Origin: Planctomycetota bacterium
GTDB lineage: Bacteria; Planctomycetota; UBA1135; UBA2386
NCBI GenBank assembly: GCA_965223545.1
Contig: OZ245006.1
Coordinates: forward strand, 832,001-896,000
Reading direction: 5' to 3'
Length of the DNA stretch: 64,000 nt
The notes under the pieces are model-generated. The model did no database searches and was not told the DNA's origin. It saw nothing but the letters and a program-made list of their open reading frames with translations. The position numbers and the translations under genes are program-made. Shown piece by piece: positions 19,785 through 28,990 of this stretch. Numbering within the stretch: the stretch's first letter is position 1; the number at the start of each line of letters is the position of its first letter.

Positions 19785-21680
19785 TTACCGGTCGGCCATG
19801 GCATCCGGAGGGCGGGCACCGCGGAACGTCTCGCCAACGACCCCGGGCCAGCCGGTGGCCGAAAGGTCCACGGCGCCGCTGGCAGCAGGTCCGTTGGCGG
19901 AGGGCAAGTAGCCGCCATTCAGACCCGGATCGCCCTCCACGCCATTGGCCTCCCACCCAGGCGCGTACCAAGCTTGAGTCAGCGAGAAGAGCGCCGATGT
20001 GCGGAACTCGAGCAACGAGTCGAAGTCGTAGGAGACGCTTCCCGCGGCGAACTGACGTAGCAACGGCGTCGACCAGCTCGAACTCGGGCGCCAGTACAAG
20101 TTGCCGTCGTACACCTGATGCGGAAGGACCTCCGCGCGACGCGCAATGTGCCGATCGGAAAGCTGCACGAAGATGTTGTTGTAGCACTCGTGCACGTGCC
20201 CGCCAGACACCGGACCGAAAGACGCTGGGTAGGTGTGCCCGACGCCGCGGTTGTTGACGTCATCCAGGCAAACGACCGTATTGTGATAGATGTGCCACGG
20301 GTCATCGATCCCCGAAGCGATGTTGTGCACGCCAAACGCTGTGCCCACCCCCATGCCGTTGCCACTGGGTCCGCGGTATTTGGACGGCAAGAGCCCTTTG
20401 GGGTCATCGCGGCTCAGCAAGTGCGGCGTGCTCGTATCGATCACGTTGTGGTGAACGAACTTGCTGCCGACATACTGTGCGGGAGCCGGCGACGGGCCAT
20501 CTCGCGAGAACCCCGCGTGAACACGTGTGGCGACGTTGTGAGCGATCTCCACGTTGTACGCCGCAGTCCCCAGCTGGATCACGTCATCGCGGATGCCATC
20601 GAATCGATTGCCAAGTACGCGCAAGTTCGTCGGGGCGGCCGTACCCGCAATCCCGTCGAAACTCCCCGAGAACCGGCTGCGGCGCAGGGTGAAGGCGTCG
20701 GGCGAACCGTCGAGCAGAACGCCTGCGCCCTGGAGGTACCGACCGGGACGCCCGACATTCGGACGCTTGACGTCGGTCCACGCGATCCACGGCGGCACCG
20801 AGTCCGCGATCGTGACGCGATCGAGTGTGATCCTGCGGGCCCCGGTGCGCACGCGAACGTGGTACCGCCCACCGAACAAGTCACAGCCGCGCAGCGTGAT
20901 GTCGTGCGCACCGTCATCGAAGTCGACTGCGTTGGCCCCATTTCGAAAATCGATGCCCGAGACTTCGATGTGGGCTGCCGTCGGCTCGAACTCGAGGATG
21001 CGGGGGTCGCCAAACAACACCAGCGGCGTGTTGCGCGGATCCGTAACGGCCGGCACCTGCACGCCCATGCGCTGTTGGTAGATGCTGTGTTTGAGGCGAA
21101 CGTAGATCCGACCGTCGTTCTCGTCCCACAATACGCCCGGCCCGATATAGTAGTACGGCCAGGTGTCGTCGTACGCCTGCTGGTCGGTGCTGAACGGCCC
21201 AAAGTCATCGTACGGCACCAAGCGAAAGCCACCCTCGGCAGGGTCGAGGCGTCCGTAGACGCGCTCGAGTCCCGGGTAGGACTTGACCGATCGGTAGATC
21301 TCCTTGGCGGCATCGACAACCTCCCATTCTGCATTCGGGACAACACCAAACTCCGTCAGCGCGCCGTCGATGACGGGCTGTTCGCGAGGGAAGGCGCGGA
21401 TGGAGACAGGAGCCCCACGCGTCCCCGTTGCGGTGATGTGAATGCCCCGTTCTGCATACGTTCCGCCGCGCACCCACAAGGTATCGCCTGGCCCGAGCCC
21501 TGCGACCGCCCGCGTGAACGTGGCCCACGGCCGAGTTGCCGTACCTGGACCGGCGTCGTCACCCCAGGGAGCGACATGGTAGGCCGCCGGACCGCGTAGC
21601 GGCCCCCACGGGTCGGCGAGCAGCGGCAACAGTGCGGCGCAGACGCCGGTCACGGTGTACCGAAAGGCGAGGTGGAGCAT
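19785..21680 (-). CDS. Secreted right-handed beta-helix protein, paralogue of the adjacent gene without Ig domains
   Basis: YHVAPWGDD...PGDTLWVRGGTY; colinear similarity to 16819-19536. Confidence 0.75.
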   Translation of the reverse strand: MLHLAFRYTVTGVCAALLPLLADPWGPLRGPAAYHVAPWGDDAGPGTATRPWATFTRAVAGLGPGDTLWVRGGTYAERGIHITATGTRGAPVSIRAFPREQPVIDGALTEFGVVPNAEWEVVDAAKEIYRSVKSYPGLERVYGRLDPAEGGFRLVPYDDFGPFSTDQQAYDDTWPYYYIGPGVLWDENDGRIYVRLKHSIYQQRMGVQVPAVTDPRNTPLVLFGDPRILEFEPTAAHIEVSGIDFRNGANAVDFDDGAHDITLRGCDLFGGRYHVRVRTGARRITLDRVTIADSVPPWIAWTDVKRPNVGRPGRYLQGAGVLLDGSPDAFTLRRSRFSGSFDGIAGTAAPTNLRVLGNRFDGIRDDVIQLGTAAYNVEIAHNVATRVHAGFSRDGPSPAPAQYVGSKFVHHNVIDTSTPHLLSRDDPKGLLPSKYRGPSGNGMGVGTAFGVHNIASGIDDPWHIYHNTVVCLDDVNNRGVGHTYPASFGPVSGGHVHECYNNIFVQLSDRHIARRAEVLPHQVYDGNLYWRPSSSWSTPLLRQFAAGSVSYDFDSLLEFRTSALFSLTQAWYAPGWEANGVEGDPGLNGGYLPSANGPAASGAVDLSATGWPGVVGETFRGARPPDAMADR

Positions 21681-21827
21681 GGGTCCGTCCGAGTGCCGAG
21701 CTGGAGGAGGTGCGCGGGTCCAGTCCTACGTCCTGCACGCGCATTAACGAGAATACGGCACGGACACCGCGAGTTCGCCAACGTCAGACGTCTCGCCAAA
21801 CTCGCGCGCAGCAACCGAGCGCCCGCC

Positions 21828-22286
21828 TCAATCCCCGGCGATGTCGCGCCTCGCCGCCCGTTGCTTCAACGCCTCGCGCTTGTCCGCCCCGCGCCGGCCG
21901 CGACAGATGCCGATCTCGAGCTTCGCCAGGGCGCGATCGCTCCAATACAGCCGCAACGGGACCAGGGTCAGACCACGCTGCGCCACCTTGGCCGCCAACT
22001 TGCGGATCTCGCGCTTGCGCAGCAGCAGCTTGCGCTTGCGGGTGGGGTCGTGGTTCTGCCGGTTGCCGTGGGTGTACTCCTGGATGTAGGCACCGACCAA
22101 GAAGATCTCGGTGCCGTCGACCCGCGCGTAGGCCTCGTCCAGGCTGACCTTGCCGTCGCGCAACGTCTTGACCTCGGTGCCGACCAGCACCAAGCCGGCC
22201 TCGACCGTGTCGAGGACCTCGTAGCGGTGCCGCGCGCGCTTGTTCTCGGCGATCTGCCGGCTGCTGCGGTCGCTCTTGGCTCCCAT
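21828..22286 (-). CDS. smpB: SsrA-binding protein SmpB
   Basis: ENKRARHRY, EAGLVLVGTEVK, NHDPTRKRKLLL, GLTLVPLRLY, DKRE. Confidence 0.97.
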   Translation of the reverse strand: MGAKSDRSSRQIAENKRARHRYEVLDTVEAGLVLVGTEVKTLRDGKVSLDEAYARVDGTEIFLVGAYIQEYTHGNRQNHDPTRKRKLLLRKREIRKLAAKVAQRGLTLVPLRLYWSDRALAKLEIGICRGRRGADKREALKQRAARRDIAGD

Positions 22287-22319
22287 CGGGGCGGGCACCA
22301 TAGGGCGCGCGGTCCAGGC

Positions 22320-22347
22320 TTGCAAAGCGAGGCGGGATCGCTAGTCT
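22320..22347 (+). promoter_or_regulatory. Sigma70-type stable-RNA promoter for tRNA-Leu/dusB
   Basis: TTGCAA-N16-TAGTCT followed by a GC-rich discriminator, about 24 nt before the tRNA. Confidence 0.6.
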
Positions 22348-22370
22348 CCCCCGCCCGCTTCCCGCACTTG

Positions 22371-22459
22371 GCCCAGGTGGCGGAATTGGCAGACGCGCTA
22401 GGTTCAGGTCCTAGTGGGGGTAAAACCCCGTGGAGGTTCGAGTCCTCTCCTGGGCACCA
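22371..22459 (+). tRNA. tRNA-Leu(CAG)
   Basis: Acceptor GCCCAGG/CCTGGGC, anticodon arm CTAGG-ttCAGgt-CCTAG, long variable arm, GGTTCGAGTCC, encoded CCA. Confidence 0.97.
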
Positions 22460-22472
22460 TTCGCCCCTGCGA

Positions 22473-23648
22473 ATGCGCAGCGAGATCAACCAGCAAGTGC
22501 CACTGGCACGCTCAGACGAGTTCCAGCCGTTGCGGCTGGGCCCGCTGCGCGTCGAACCGCCGGTCGTCCTCGCGCCGATGGCGGGCGTCACCAACGCCCC
22601 CTACCGCAGCCTTTGCCGCCGCTTCTCCGCCGGCCGCTGTCTCTACGTCAGCGAGATGATCACCGCCAAGAGCTTCGCTCTCGGCAACGCCAAGACGCTG
22701 AAGCTGGCCTCGTTCGCGGCGGACGAGACCACCCGCAGCATCCAGCTCTACGGCACGCAGCCCGCGAGCCTGGGTGAGGCCACGAAGATCCTCGTCGACG
22801 AGTGGGGAGTCGACCACATCGACATCAACCTCGGGTGCCCGGTGCGCAAGGTCACCGCCAACGGCGGCGGCGCCGCGATCCCGGCGCGGCCGCGGCTGAT
22901 GGCGCGGTTGGTCGGCGCGGTGGTCGAACGGGCGGGCCGCGTGCCGGTCACCGTCAAGTTCCGCAAGGGCATCGACGACAGCTTGCTGACCTACCGGGAC
23001 GCCGGTCGCGTCGCCCGCGAGGTCGGCGCCGCCGCCGTCGCGCTGCACGCGCGCACCGCGGCCCAGCTCTACGCCGGGGAAGCCGACTGGGACGCCATCG
23101 CCGACCTCAAAGCCCGGCTGCCCGACCTACCGGTGCTCGGCAACGGCGACATCTTCGAAGCGCACGACGGCCTGCGCATGATGCGCGCCACCGGCTGCGA
23201 CGGCGTCGTCATCGGCCGCGCGTGCCTCGGCCGCCCGTGGCTGTTCGGCGAGTTGGTCGACGTCTTCGACGGCCGGGAACCCGCGCCGCCGCCGGACTTG
23301 GGCGGCGTCGTCGATACCGCGCTCGACCACGCCCGCCTGTTGGTCGAGTTCTTCGGCGAGGCGATCGGCATCCGCCACATGCGCAAGTTCTCCGGCTGGT
23401 ATCTGAAGAGCTTTCCGGGTGCGCGCAAGCTGCTGCCCGCCCTGCACGTCGCGACCACGCTGGCCGAGCTGTCCGAGCTGCTGCAGAGCCTCCCGCGCCG
23501 CCAACCGTTTCCCACAGCGGGCCTGCGCGCGCGCCGGGCCAAGAGCGGCGGAACCCAGCGCGTGCACCTGCCCCAGGGCTTCCTCGAGCAGCGGGACAGC
23601 GACGCCCTTCCCGCCGAGGAGGGCGATACTCCGGACAGCGGCGGCTGA
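22473..23648 (+). CDS. dusB: tRNA-dihydrouridine synthase DusB
   Basis: LAPMAGVT, VSEMI, DINLGCPV, TVKFRKG, LHART, GNGDI, IGRACLGRPWLF. Confidence 0.92.
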   Translation: MRSEINQQVPLARSDEFQPLRLGPLRVEPPVVLAPMAGVTNAPYRSLCRRFSAGRCLYVSEMITAKSFALGNAKTLKLASFAADETTRSIQLYGTQPASLGEATKILVDEWGVDHIDINLGCPVRKVTANGGGAAIPARPRLMARLVGAVVERAGRVPVTVKFRKGIDDSLLTYRDAGRVAREVGAAAVALHARTAAQLYAGEADWDAIADLKARLPDLPVLGNGDIFEAHDGLRMMRATGCDGVVIGRACLGRPWLFGELVDVFDGREPAPPPDLGGVVDTALDHARLLVEFFGEAIGIRHMRKFSGWYLKSFPGARKLLPALHVATTLAELSELLQSLPRRQPFPTAGLRARRAKSGGTQRVHLPQGFLEQRDSDALPAEEGDTPDSGG

Positions 23649-23798
23649 GGGCGGCCCGTGGCGGGACGCCCGGCCGCTTCCCGGACACCGGTGGTCGGAT
23701 GCCGGGCGCCGGCGGACCTCCATGTCGCCACTGCAGGCGTGGCAAGGCGATTGCGGAGAACGCCCGTTCCATATCGCTTTCCAACCGAGGTCACCGCC

Positions 23799-25175
23799 AT
23801 GCTGAGACTGCCCGGCCCCATCCCGTACCTGTCCGCCCTGTTCGCCGCCGCGCTGCCGGCACAGGTCGAGTACGCCGTCCTCGATCTGGGCGCACTGCCC
23901 GGCAGCAACCACAGCACCGCGACGGCGATGAACGAGCGCGGCGACGTCGTCGGCTGGTCGACGGTAGGCAGCACTCCGCGCGCTTACATCTACACCGACG
24001 ACGGTGGCATGCTCGACCTCGGCACGCTGTCGGGCGAGAACCACGCCGCCGCCTACGGCATCAATGAGCTGCGCGCGGTCGTCGGCCAGTCGGGAACGCG
24101 CAGCTTCCGGTGGAGCCCCGGCGCCGGCATGACCGAGATCCTCGCCGGGAGCTGGACCCGCCCCAATGCCATCAACACGCGCGGTGAGATCGCCGGCACG
24201 CTCAACCCCGACGCGGTGCTCAGCTTCACCCCGTTCGCGTTCCGGCCGAGCACCGGGCTGACCGCGCTGACGCCGAACCAGATCGGCAGGGCCAACGACA
24301 TCAATGAAGCCGGCCAACTGGTCGGCTACGCAACTGCGCGGATCGGGCCAGGCGGCGCCGGGGCCTTCCGCCACTCGCCCACTGCCGGGCTCGTGCCGCT
24401 GCCGGTCTTGAGCGGGTGGGCCGCCGTGCCCAACGGGATCAACGAGCGCGGCGACGTGGTCGGCCTGCTGCGGTCGAGCACGCGCGCCGACGCCGGCTTC
24501 ATCTACACCGACGCGGGCGGCATGCAGCAGCTGCCGGGGTCACGCTCGGGCGTCCCCGCAGACCTCAACGACCACGGCGTCGTGGTCGGCAGCTACTACC
24601 TGTCGAGCGGCGCCGACAACGCGACGATCTACACCGCCGCCACCGGCAGCCGCGATCTCAACGGCCTGATCGCCCCCGGCTCCAACTACTCGCTGCTCGC
24701 CGCGCGCGACATCAACAACGCGGGCCAGATCCTGGTGCGGGGCTACGACCGCGTCGCGGCCGAGTTCCGCGCGCTGCGGCTCGATCCGCTGCGGCCGACC
24801 GCGACCACCTTCCCGGTCGGCACGGGCTGCGCACCAACGGGCGCTGCACCGACCCTGCGCTCCACGCCGCCGGCACTCGGCACCACGCTGCGCATCGACC
24901 TCCAAGGCGCCCCACCGGCCACCGCCGGCGCCCTGCTGCTGAGTTCCGGCGACCCGGCAGTGACCGCACTCGGCCAGGGCTGCACGGCCTACGCCGCGTT
25001 GCGCTCGGCGGTCGCGCTGCCGGTCCGCACCGACGCCGGCGGCGATGCGACTCTGGCCCTGCCGCTCGCGGTCAACCCGGCCTGGGTCGGCGTGCGGCTG
25101 ATGGCCCAGGGAGCCCTGCCGGCCGGCTCCGGGCTCGCGCTGACCAACGGGCTGTTCTTGATCGCCGGCAACTGA
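23799..25175 (+). CDS. Secreted HAF-type repeat beta-propeller protein with a distinct C-terminal domain
   Basis: Signal peptide; about 7 repeats of (A/G)INExGxVVG...; C-terminal GTGC...TNGLFLIAGN. Confidence 0.75.
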   Translation: MLRLPGPIPYLSALFAAALPAQVEYAVLDLGALPGSNHSTATAMNERGDVVGWSTVGSTPRAYIYTDDGGMLDLGTLSGENHAAAYGINELRAVVGQSGTRSFRWSPGAGMTEILAGSWTRPNAINTRGEIAGTLNPDAVLSFTPFAFRPSTGLTALTPNQIGRANDINEAGQLVGYATARIGPGGAGAFRHSPTAGLVPLPVLSGWAAVPNGINERGDVVGLLRSSTRADAGFIYTDAGGMQQLPGSRSGVPADLNDHGVVVGSYYLSSGADNATIYTAATGSRDLNGLIAPGSNYSLLAARDINNAGQILVRGYDRVAAEFRALRLDPLRPTATTFPVGTGCAPTGAAPTLRSTPPALGTTLRIDLQGAPPATAGALLLSSGDPAVTALGQGCTAYAALRSAVALPVRTDAGGDATLALPLAVNPAWVGVRLMAQGALPAGSGLALTNGLFLIAGN

Positions 25176-25231
25176 CATCGCAGCGGACCCGCTACCCTGG
25201 CGGCGGACATCTGGCTTTCCCGCAAAGCGTG

Positions 25232-25260
25232 TTGAGCCCGGTCGCAACCCCCGATAGAAC
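25232..25260 (+). promoter_or_regulatory. Possible sigma70 promoter of pcnB-panB
   Basis: TTGAGC-N17-TAGAAC (imperfect -10). Confidence 0.4.
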
Positions 25261-25333
25261 GCGATCTTTGCAGGGCGCCACGGCGCGACGAGCGCGCCGG
25301 CTTGCGGCCCTCCGCTCCAATCAGGACACCACG

Positions 25334-27499
25334 ATCGAGCCTCAGATACTGACCCCCAGCGGCCTCGACCCGAGCACGCTGGACACCGATGCGCTGCGCG
25401 CCGTGCAGCGCCTGCAGGCGCGCGGCTTCGAGACCTACTTCGTCGGCGGCTGCGTGCGCGACTTGCTCCTGGGCCGGGCGCCCAAGGACTTCGATCTCGC
25501 CACCGGCGCGCGACCGCAACAGGTCAAGCGAACCTTCCCGCGCAACTGCCGCATCATCGGCCGGCGGTTCAAGCTGGCCCACCTTCACTTCGAGCAGAAC
25601 CGCAAGATCCTCGAGGTCGCGACGTTCCGCACCTCACCGACGGAAGATGGTGAGAGCGGCGATCTGTTGATCACTCGCGACAACGAGTTCGGTACCGCCG
25701 AGGAAGACGCGCTGCGGCGTGACTTCACCGCCAACGCTCTGTTCTACGACCCGGTCGCCGACGAGATCATCGACTACGTCGGCGGGCTTGCCGACGTGCG
25801 CGAACGCGTGCTGCGCACGATCGGCGACCCGGTGGTCCGCTTCCGCGAGGACCCGGTGCGCATCATCCGCGCCGCCAAGTTCTCCGGCCGGCTCGGCTTC
25901 AGCATCGACGAGCCGACCTACGAGGCGATGGCGCAAGTCGCCCCGGACCTCGCGCGCAGTGCGCCGCCGCGCCTGCTCGAGGAAGTTCTTCGGCTACTGC
26001 GCGGCGGGCACGCGCTGGAGTCGTTCCAGATGCTGCGCGACATCGGCGCGCTGCGCGTCGTGTTGCCGGTCGTCTCCGACTTCCTCGCCGACGCCCCAGA
26101 GCCCGATCGGGTGCGGTTTTGGCGCTTCCTCGAGGCGCTCGACGAAGCCGTGGCCGACGGCACCGAGGTCTCGAGCCCGGTGCTGCTGGGGGCGCTGTTC
26201 GCGTGCCCGGTGCGGGCGCGCTCCGCGCGAGAACCGCGGCGCAGCGCGACGACCATCGCCGAGAGCCTCATCGGACCGTTCGCCCAAGAGCTGCGGCTGC
26301 CGCGGCGCGACGCGGGCTGTCTGAAGCGCATCTGCGGCGTCCAGCCGCGCTTTACCGGCGAGGGCGGTCACCGCTTCAAGCTGCAGTCCTTCCTGCGCGA
26401 TCCGTACTTTGCCGAGGCGCTCCAGCTGTTCGAGCTGAGCTGTGCGGCCGGCGCCGGGGACGCGGCCGCGCTGGCGCGCTGGCGCGCGCTCGCCGAAGAA
26501 GTCGAGCAGGAGGAGGGCGATGACGTCGCCGAAGTCGAGTTCTCGGCGGAGGACTCGGCGGAGGACGACGAGACGCCGACCGACGAGGACGGCGACGATC
26601 GCCCGCGCCGCCGCCGCCGGCGGAGCCGCCGCGGCCGGCGACGGCGCGCCGGCGCAGAAGCGGACGGAGACGCCTCCGCGCATTTCGCGGACGACGAGGA
26701 GATCGAGACCGACGCCACCCCGGCAGCGACCGCCGAGGGCGAAGCCACGGCACCGGAGGCCGAGGGTGAGGAACGCGCTCCCCGGCGGCGGCGGCGCCGC
26801 CGCCGCGGACGCGGCGGCGAGGAGCCGAGCGAAGAGCCCGCGACGGCTGCCGGCGGCGAGGCGGCCGACAGTGACCGATCCCCCGGCGAGGAACAGGCCG
26901 ACCAGGCCGCCGAGGCAGAGGAGTCGGCCGGCGACGGCGACGCCCCCCGCCGGCGTCGCAGCCGACGTGGCCGGCGCGGCAAACGCGGCACAGGCGGGGC
27001 GGCGACTGCCGGCGACGAGCAGGCGGCTGCCGGAGACGACAGCAGTGGCGAGCGCTCGCAATCGAAAGCCAAGAAGAAGGCCGGCAAGAAGGCCGCCAAG
27101 GTCAAGAAGACCGCCGCGACCAAGAAGGCCGGCAAGTCGAAGCGGGGCAAGAAGGCCAGCAGCGATGGCGACGGCCGCCGCGACAGGACCCGCGCGAGCA
27201 AGAGCCGGCGGCGCCGCGGTCGCGCCGACCGAGACAACGCGGTCGACACGATCGAGCCGGCGGCGATCGACGTGTCCGCGTTCGACGTCGAGCTCGGACC
27301 GCGCGACGTGCCGACGTTCGGGGTGATCATCGAGGATTCCGACGCGCCGCGCGGCGGACGCAAGAAGAAGCGCGCGCCGCGCAGCACGCCGCCGGAAGCG
27401 GACGACAGCTACCGCCCGCCGCCGCCGCCGGGCACCGATCCGGCGCCACCGCCACCACCACCGCCGCCGGCCGACGACGACGAGTTCGGGGACTGGTAA
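25334..27499 (+). CDS. pcnB: Poly(A) polymerase I with long low-complexity C-terminal tail (start uncertain, possibly ATC)
   Basis: VGGCVRDLLLG..PKDFD, PAP signature IIGRRFKLAHL, EVATFR, RRDFTANAL, EDPVRIIRA. Confidence 0.88.
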   Translation: MEPQILTPSGLDPSTLDTDALRAVQRLQARGFETYFVGGCVRDLLLGRAPKDFDLATGARPQQVKRTFPRNCRIIGRRFKLAHLHFEQNRKILEVATFRTSPTEDGESGDLLITRDNEFGTAEEDALRRDFTANALFYDPVADEIIDYVGGLADVRERVLRTIGDPVVRFREDPVRIIRAAKFSGRLGFSIDEPTYEAMAQVAPDLARSAPPRLLEEVLRLLRGGHALESFQMLRDIGALRVVLPVVSDFLADAPEPDRVRFWRFLEALDEAVADGTEVSSPVLLGALFACPVRARSAREPRRSATTIAESLIGPFAQELRLPRRDAGCLKRICGVQPRFTGEGGHRFKLQSFLRDPYFAEALQLFELSCAAGAGDAAALARWRALAEEVEQEEGDDVAEVEFSAEDSAEDDETPTDEDGDDRPRRRRRRSRRGRRRRAGAEADGDASAHFADDEEIETDATPAATAEGEATAPEAEGEERAPRRRRRRRRGRGGEEPSEEPATAAGGEAADSDRSPGEEQADQAAEAEESAGDGDAPRRRRSRRGRRGKRGTGGAATAGDEQAAAGDDSSGERSQSKAKKKAGKKAAKVKKTAATKKAGKSKRGKKASSDGDGRRDRTRASKSRRRRGRADRDNAVDTIEPAAIDVSAFDVELGPRDVPTFGVIIEDSDAPRGGRKKKRAPRSTPPEADDSYRPPPPPGTDPAPPPPPPPPADDDEFGDW

Positions 27500-28302
27500 T
27501 GGGTCGCATCAAGGTCACCACCGAGGCCTTGCGGCAAATGAAGCGGGACGGTCGTCGCATCGTCGCCCTCACCGCCTACGACCACTGCATGACGGCGATG
27601 CTCGACGCGGCGGGGGTCGACGTACTCCTCGTCGGCGACTCGGTGGGCACGGTGATCCAGGGACACGACACGACGGTGTCAGTGACCTTCGAGCAGATGC
27701 GCTACCACGCCGAGCTCGTCAGCCGCGCCGCCAAGCGCGCCTTCGTGGTCGCGGACATGCCGTTCTTGTCCTACCAGGTGAGCGAGGAAGAAGCCCTGCG
27801 CAACGCGGGCATCCTGCTCAAGGAAAGCCACGTCGAGGCGGTCAAGATCGAGGGCGGCCAGCCGGTGGCCCGCACGGTGCGGCGGCTGTCGTCCGCCGGC
27901 ATCCCCGTCATGGGCCACCTCGGTCTCACGCCCCAGAGCATCCACCAGTTCGGCACCTACGTCGTCCGCGGACGCAGCGAAGAAGAAGCCACGCGCATCT
28001 GCGAGGACGCCGCCGCGCTGGAAGACGCCGGCGCGTTCGCGGTAGTGCTGGAGAAGGTCCCGGCCGAGCTCGCCGCCCGGATCACCGCGCAGATCGACAT
28101 TCCGACCATCGGCATCGGCGCCGGCCCGCACTGCGACGGCCAGATCCTGGTGTCGTACGACATGCTCGGCCTGTTCACGCGCTTTCGGCCGCGATTCGTG
28201 CGGCGCTACGCCGAGCTCGAGCAGACCATCACCGAGGCGGTCGACCACTACGTGTCCGACGTCCGCGACGGTCAGTTTCCCGACGACAGCGAGAGCTACT
28301 GA
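27499..28302 (+). CDS. panB: 3-methyl-2-oxobutanoate hydroxymethyltransferase
   Basis: LTAYD, LVGDS, ADMPFLSY, VKIEGG, GHLGLTPQS, IGIGAG, DGQILV; TAATG coupling to pcnB. Confidence 0.97.
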   Translation: MGRIKVTTEALRQMKRDGRRIVALTAYDHCMTAMLDAAGVDVLLVGDSVGTVIQGHDTTVSVTFEQMRYHAELVSRAAKRAFVVADMPFLSYQVSEEEALRNAGILLKESHVEAVKIEGGQPVARTVRRLSSAGIPVMGHLGLTPQSIHQFGTYVVRGRSEEEATRICEDAAALEDAGAFAVVLEKVPAELAARITAQIDIPTIGIGAGPHCDGQILVSYDMLGLFTRFRPRFVRRYAELEQTITEAVDHYVSDVRDGQFPDDSESY

Positions 28303-28324
28303 GCCACGCCTGGCCAGGCTTTGG

Positions 28325-28900
28325 TCAACCCTTGACCAGGTTGAGGAACTCGGCCCGGGTGCGCTGGTCCGAGCGGAAGTTGCCGAGCAGACACGAGGTC
28401 ACCGTCGACGAGTTCTGCTTCTGCACTCCGCGCATCATCATGCAGAGGTGAGCGGCCTCGATCACGACACCGACTCCCTTGGGGTCGAGCACATCGTTGA
28501 TGGCGTGCGCGATCTGCTGGGTCAACCGCTCCTGCACCTGGAGCCTGCGCGCGAACACGTCGACCACCCGGGCGATCTTGGACAACCCGACGATCTTTCC
28601 CGACGGGATGTATGCCACGTGCGCCTTGCCGTAGAAGGGCGCCAAATGGTGCTCGCACAACGAGTAGATCTCGATGTCGCGCACCACCACCATCTCGTCG
28701 GTCTCCGGCTCGAACAAGGCGTCGCCGACCACGTCCGCCACCGAGACCGCGTAGCCTGAGCAGTAGAACCGCATCGCCTTCTCGACCCGCCGCGGCGTAT
28801 CGCGCAATCCCTCGCGCTCCGGCTCCGGATCGAGTTCGGCCAGCATCGACCGCACCAGGGCCGCAAAGGCGGTGTTGCCGGGCTCGGGTGTCGCTTCCAT
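28325..28900 (-). CDS. folE: GTP cyclohydrolase I
   Basis: [42 protein letters not shown]. Confidence 0.97.
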   Translation of the reverse strand: MEATPEPGNTAFAALVRSMLAELDPEPEREGLRDTPRRVEKAMRFYCSGYAVSVADVVGDALFEPETDEMVVVRDIEIYSLCEHHLAPFYGKAHVAYIPSGKIVGLSKIARVVDVFARRLQVQERLTQQIAHAINDVLDPKGVGVVIEAAHLCMMMRGVQKQNSSTVTSCLLGNFRSDQRTRAEFLNLVKG

Positions 28901-28990
28901 CGGCGGCAGAAGCTATGCGGGCGCCGCCGCCAGCGCAAACCGCCACTGATGCGACTTGCAGCCCGGCCGCCACAAGCGTATCCGTGATCG

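Noticed and set aside
19537..20187. N-terminal extension of the 1122-aa ORF overlapping the upstream paralogue
   Set aside because: Arg-rich junk translation; a good SD, ATG and signal peptide are at 19536; no evidence for a frameshift fusion
21681..21827. tmRNA or att site beside smpB
   Set aside because: Too short; no tRNA-like ends or tag frame, and no direct repeat found
24416..25333. Apparent 300-aa N-terminal extension of PcnB
   Set aside because: Alternative frame of the HAF-repeat gene plus intergenic DNA
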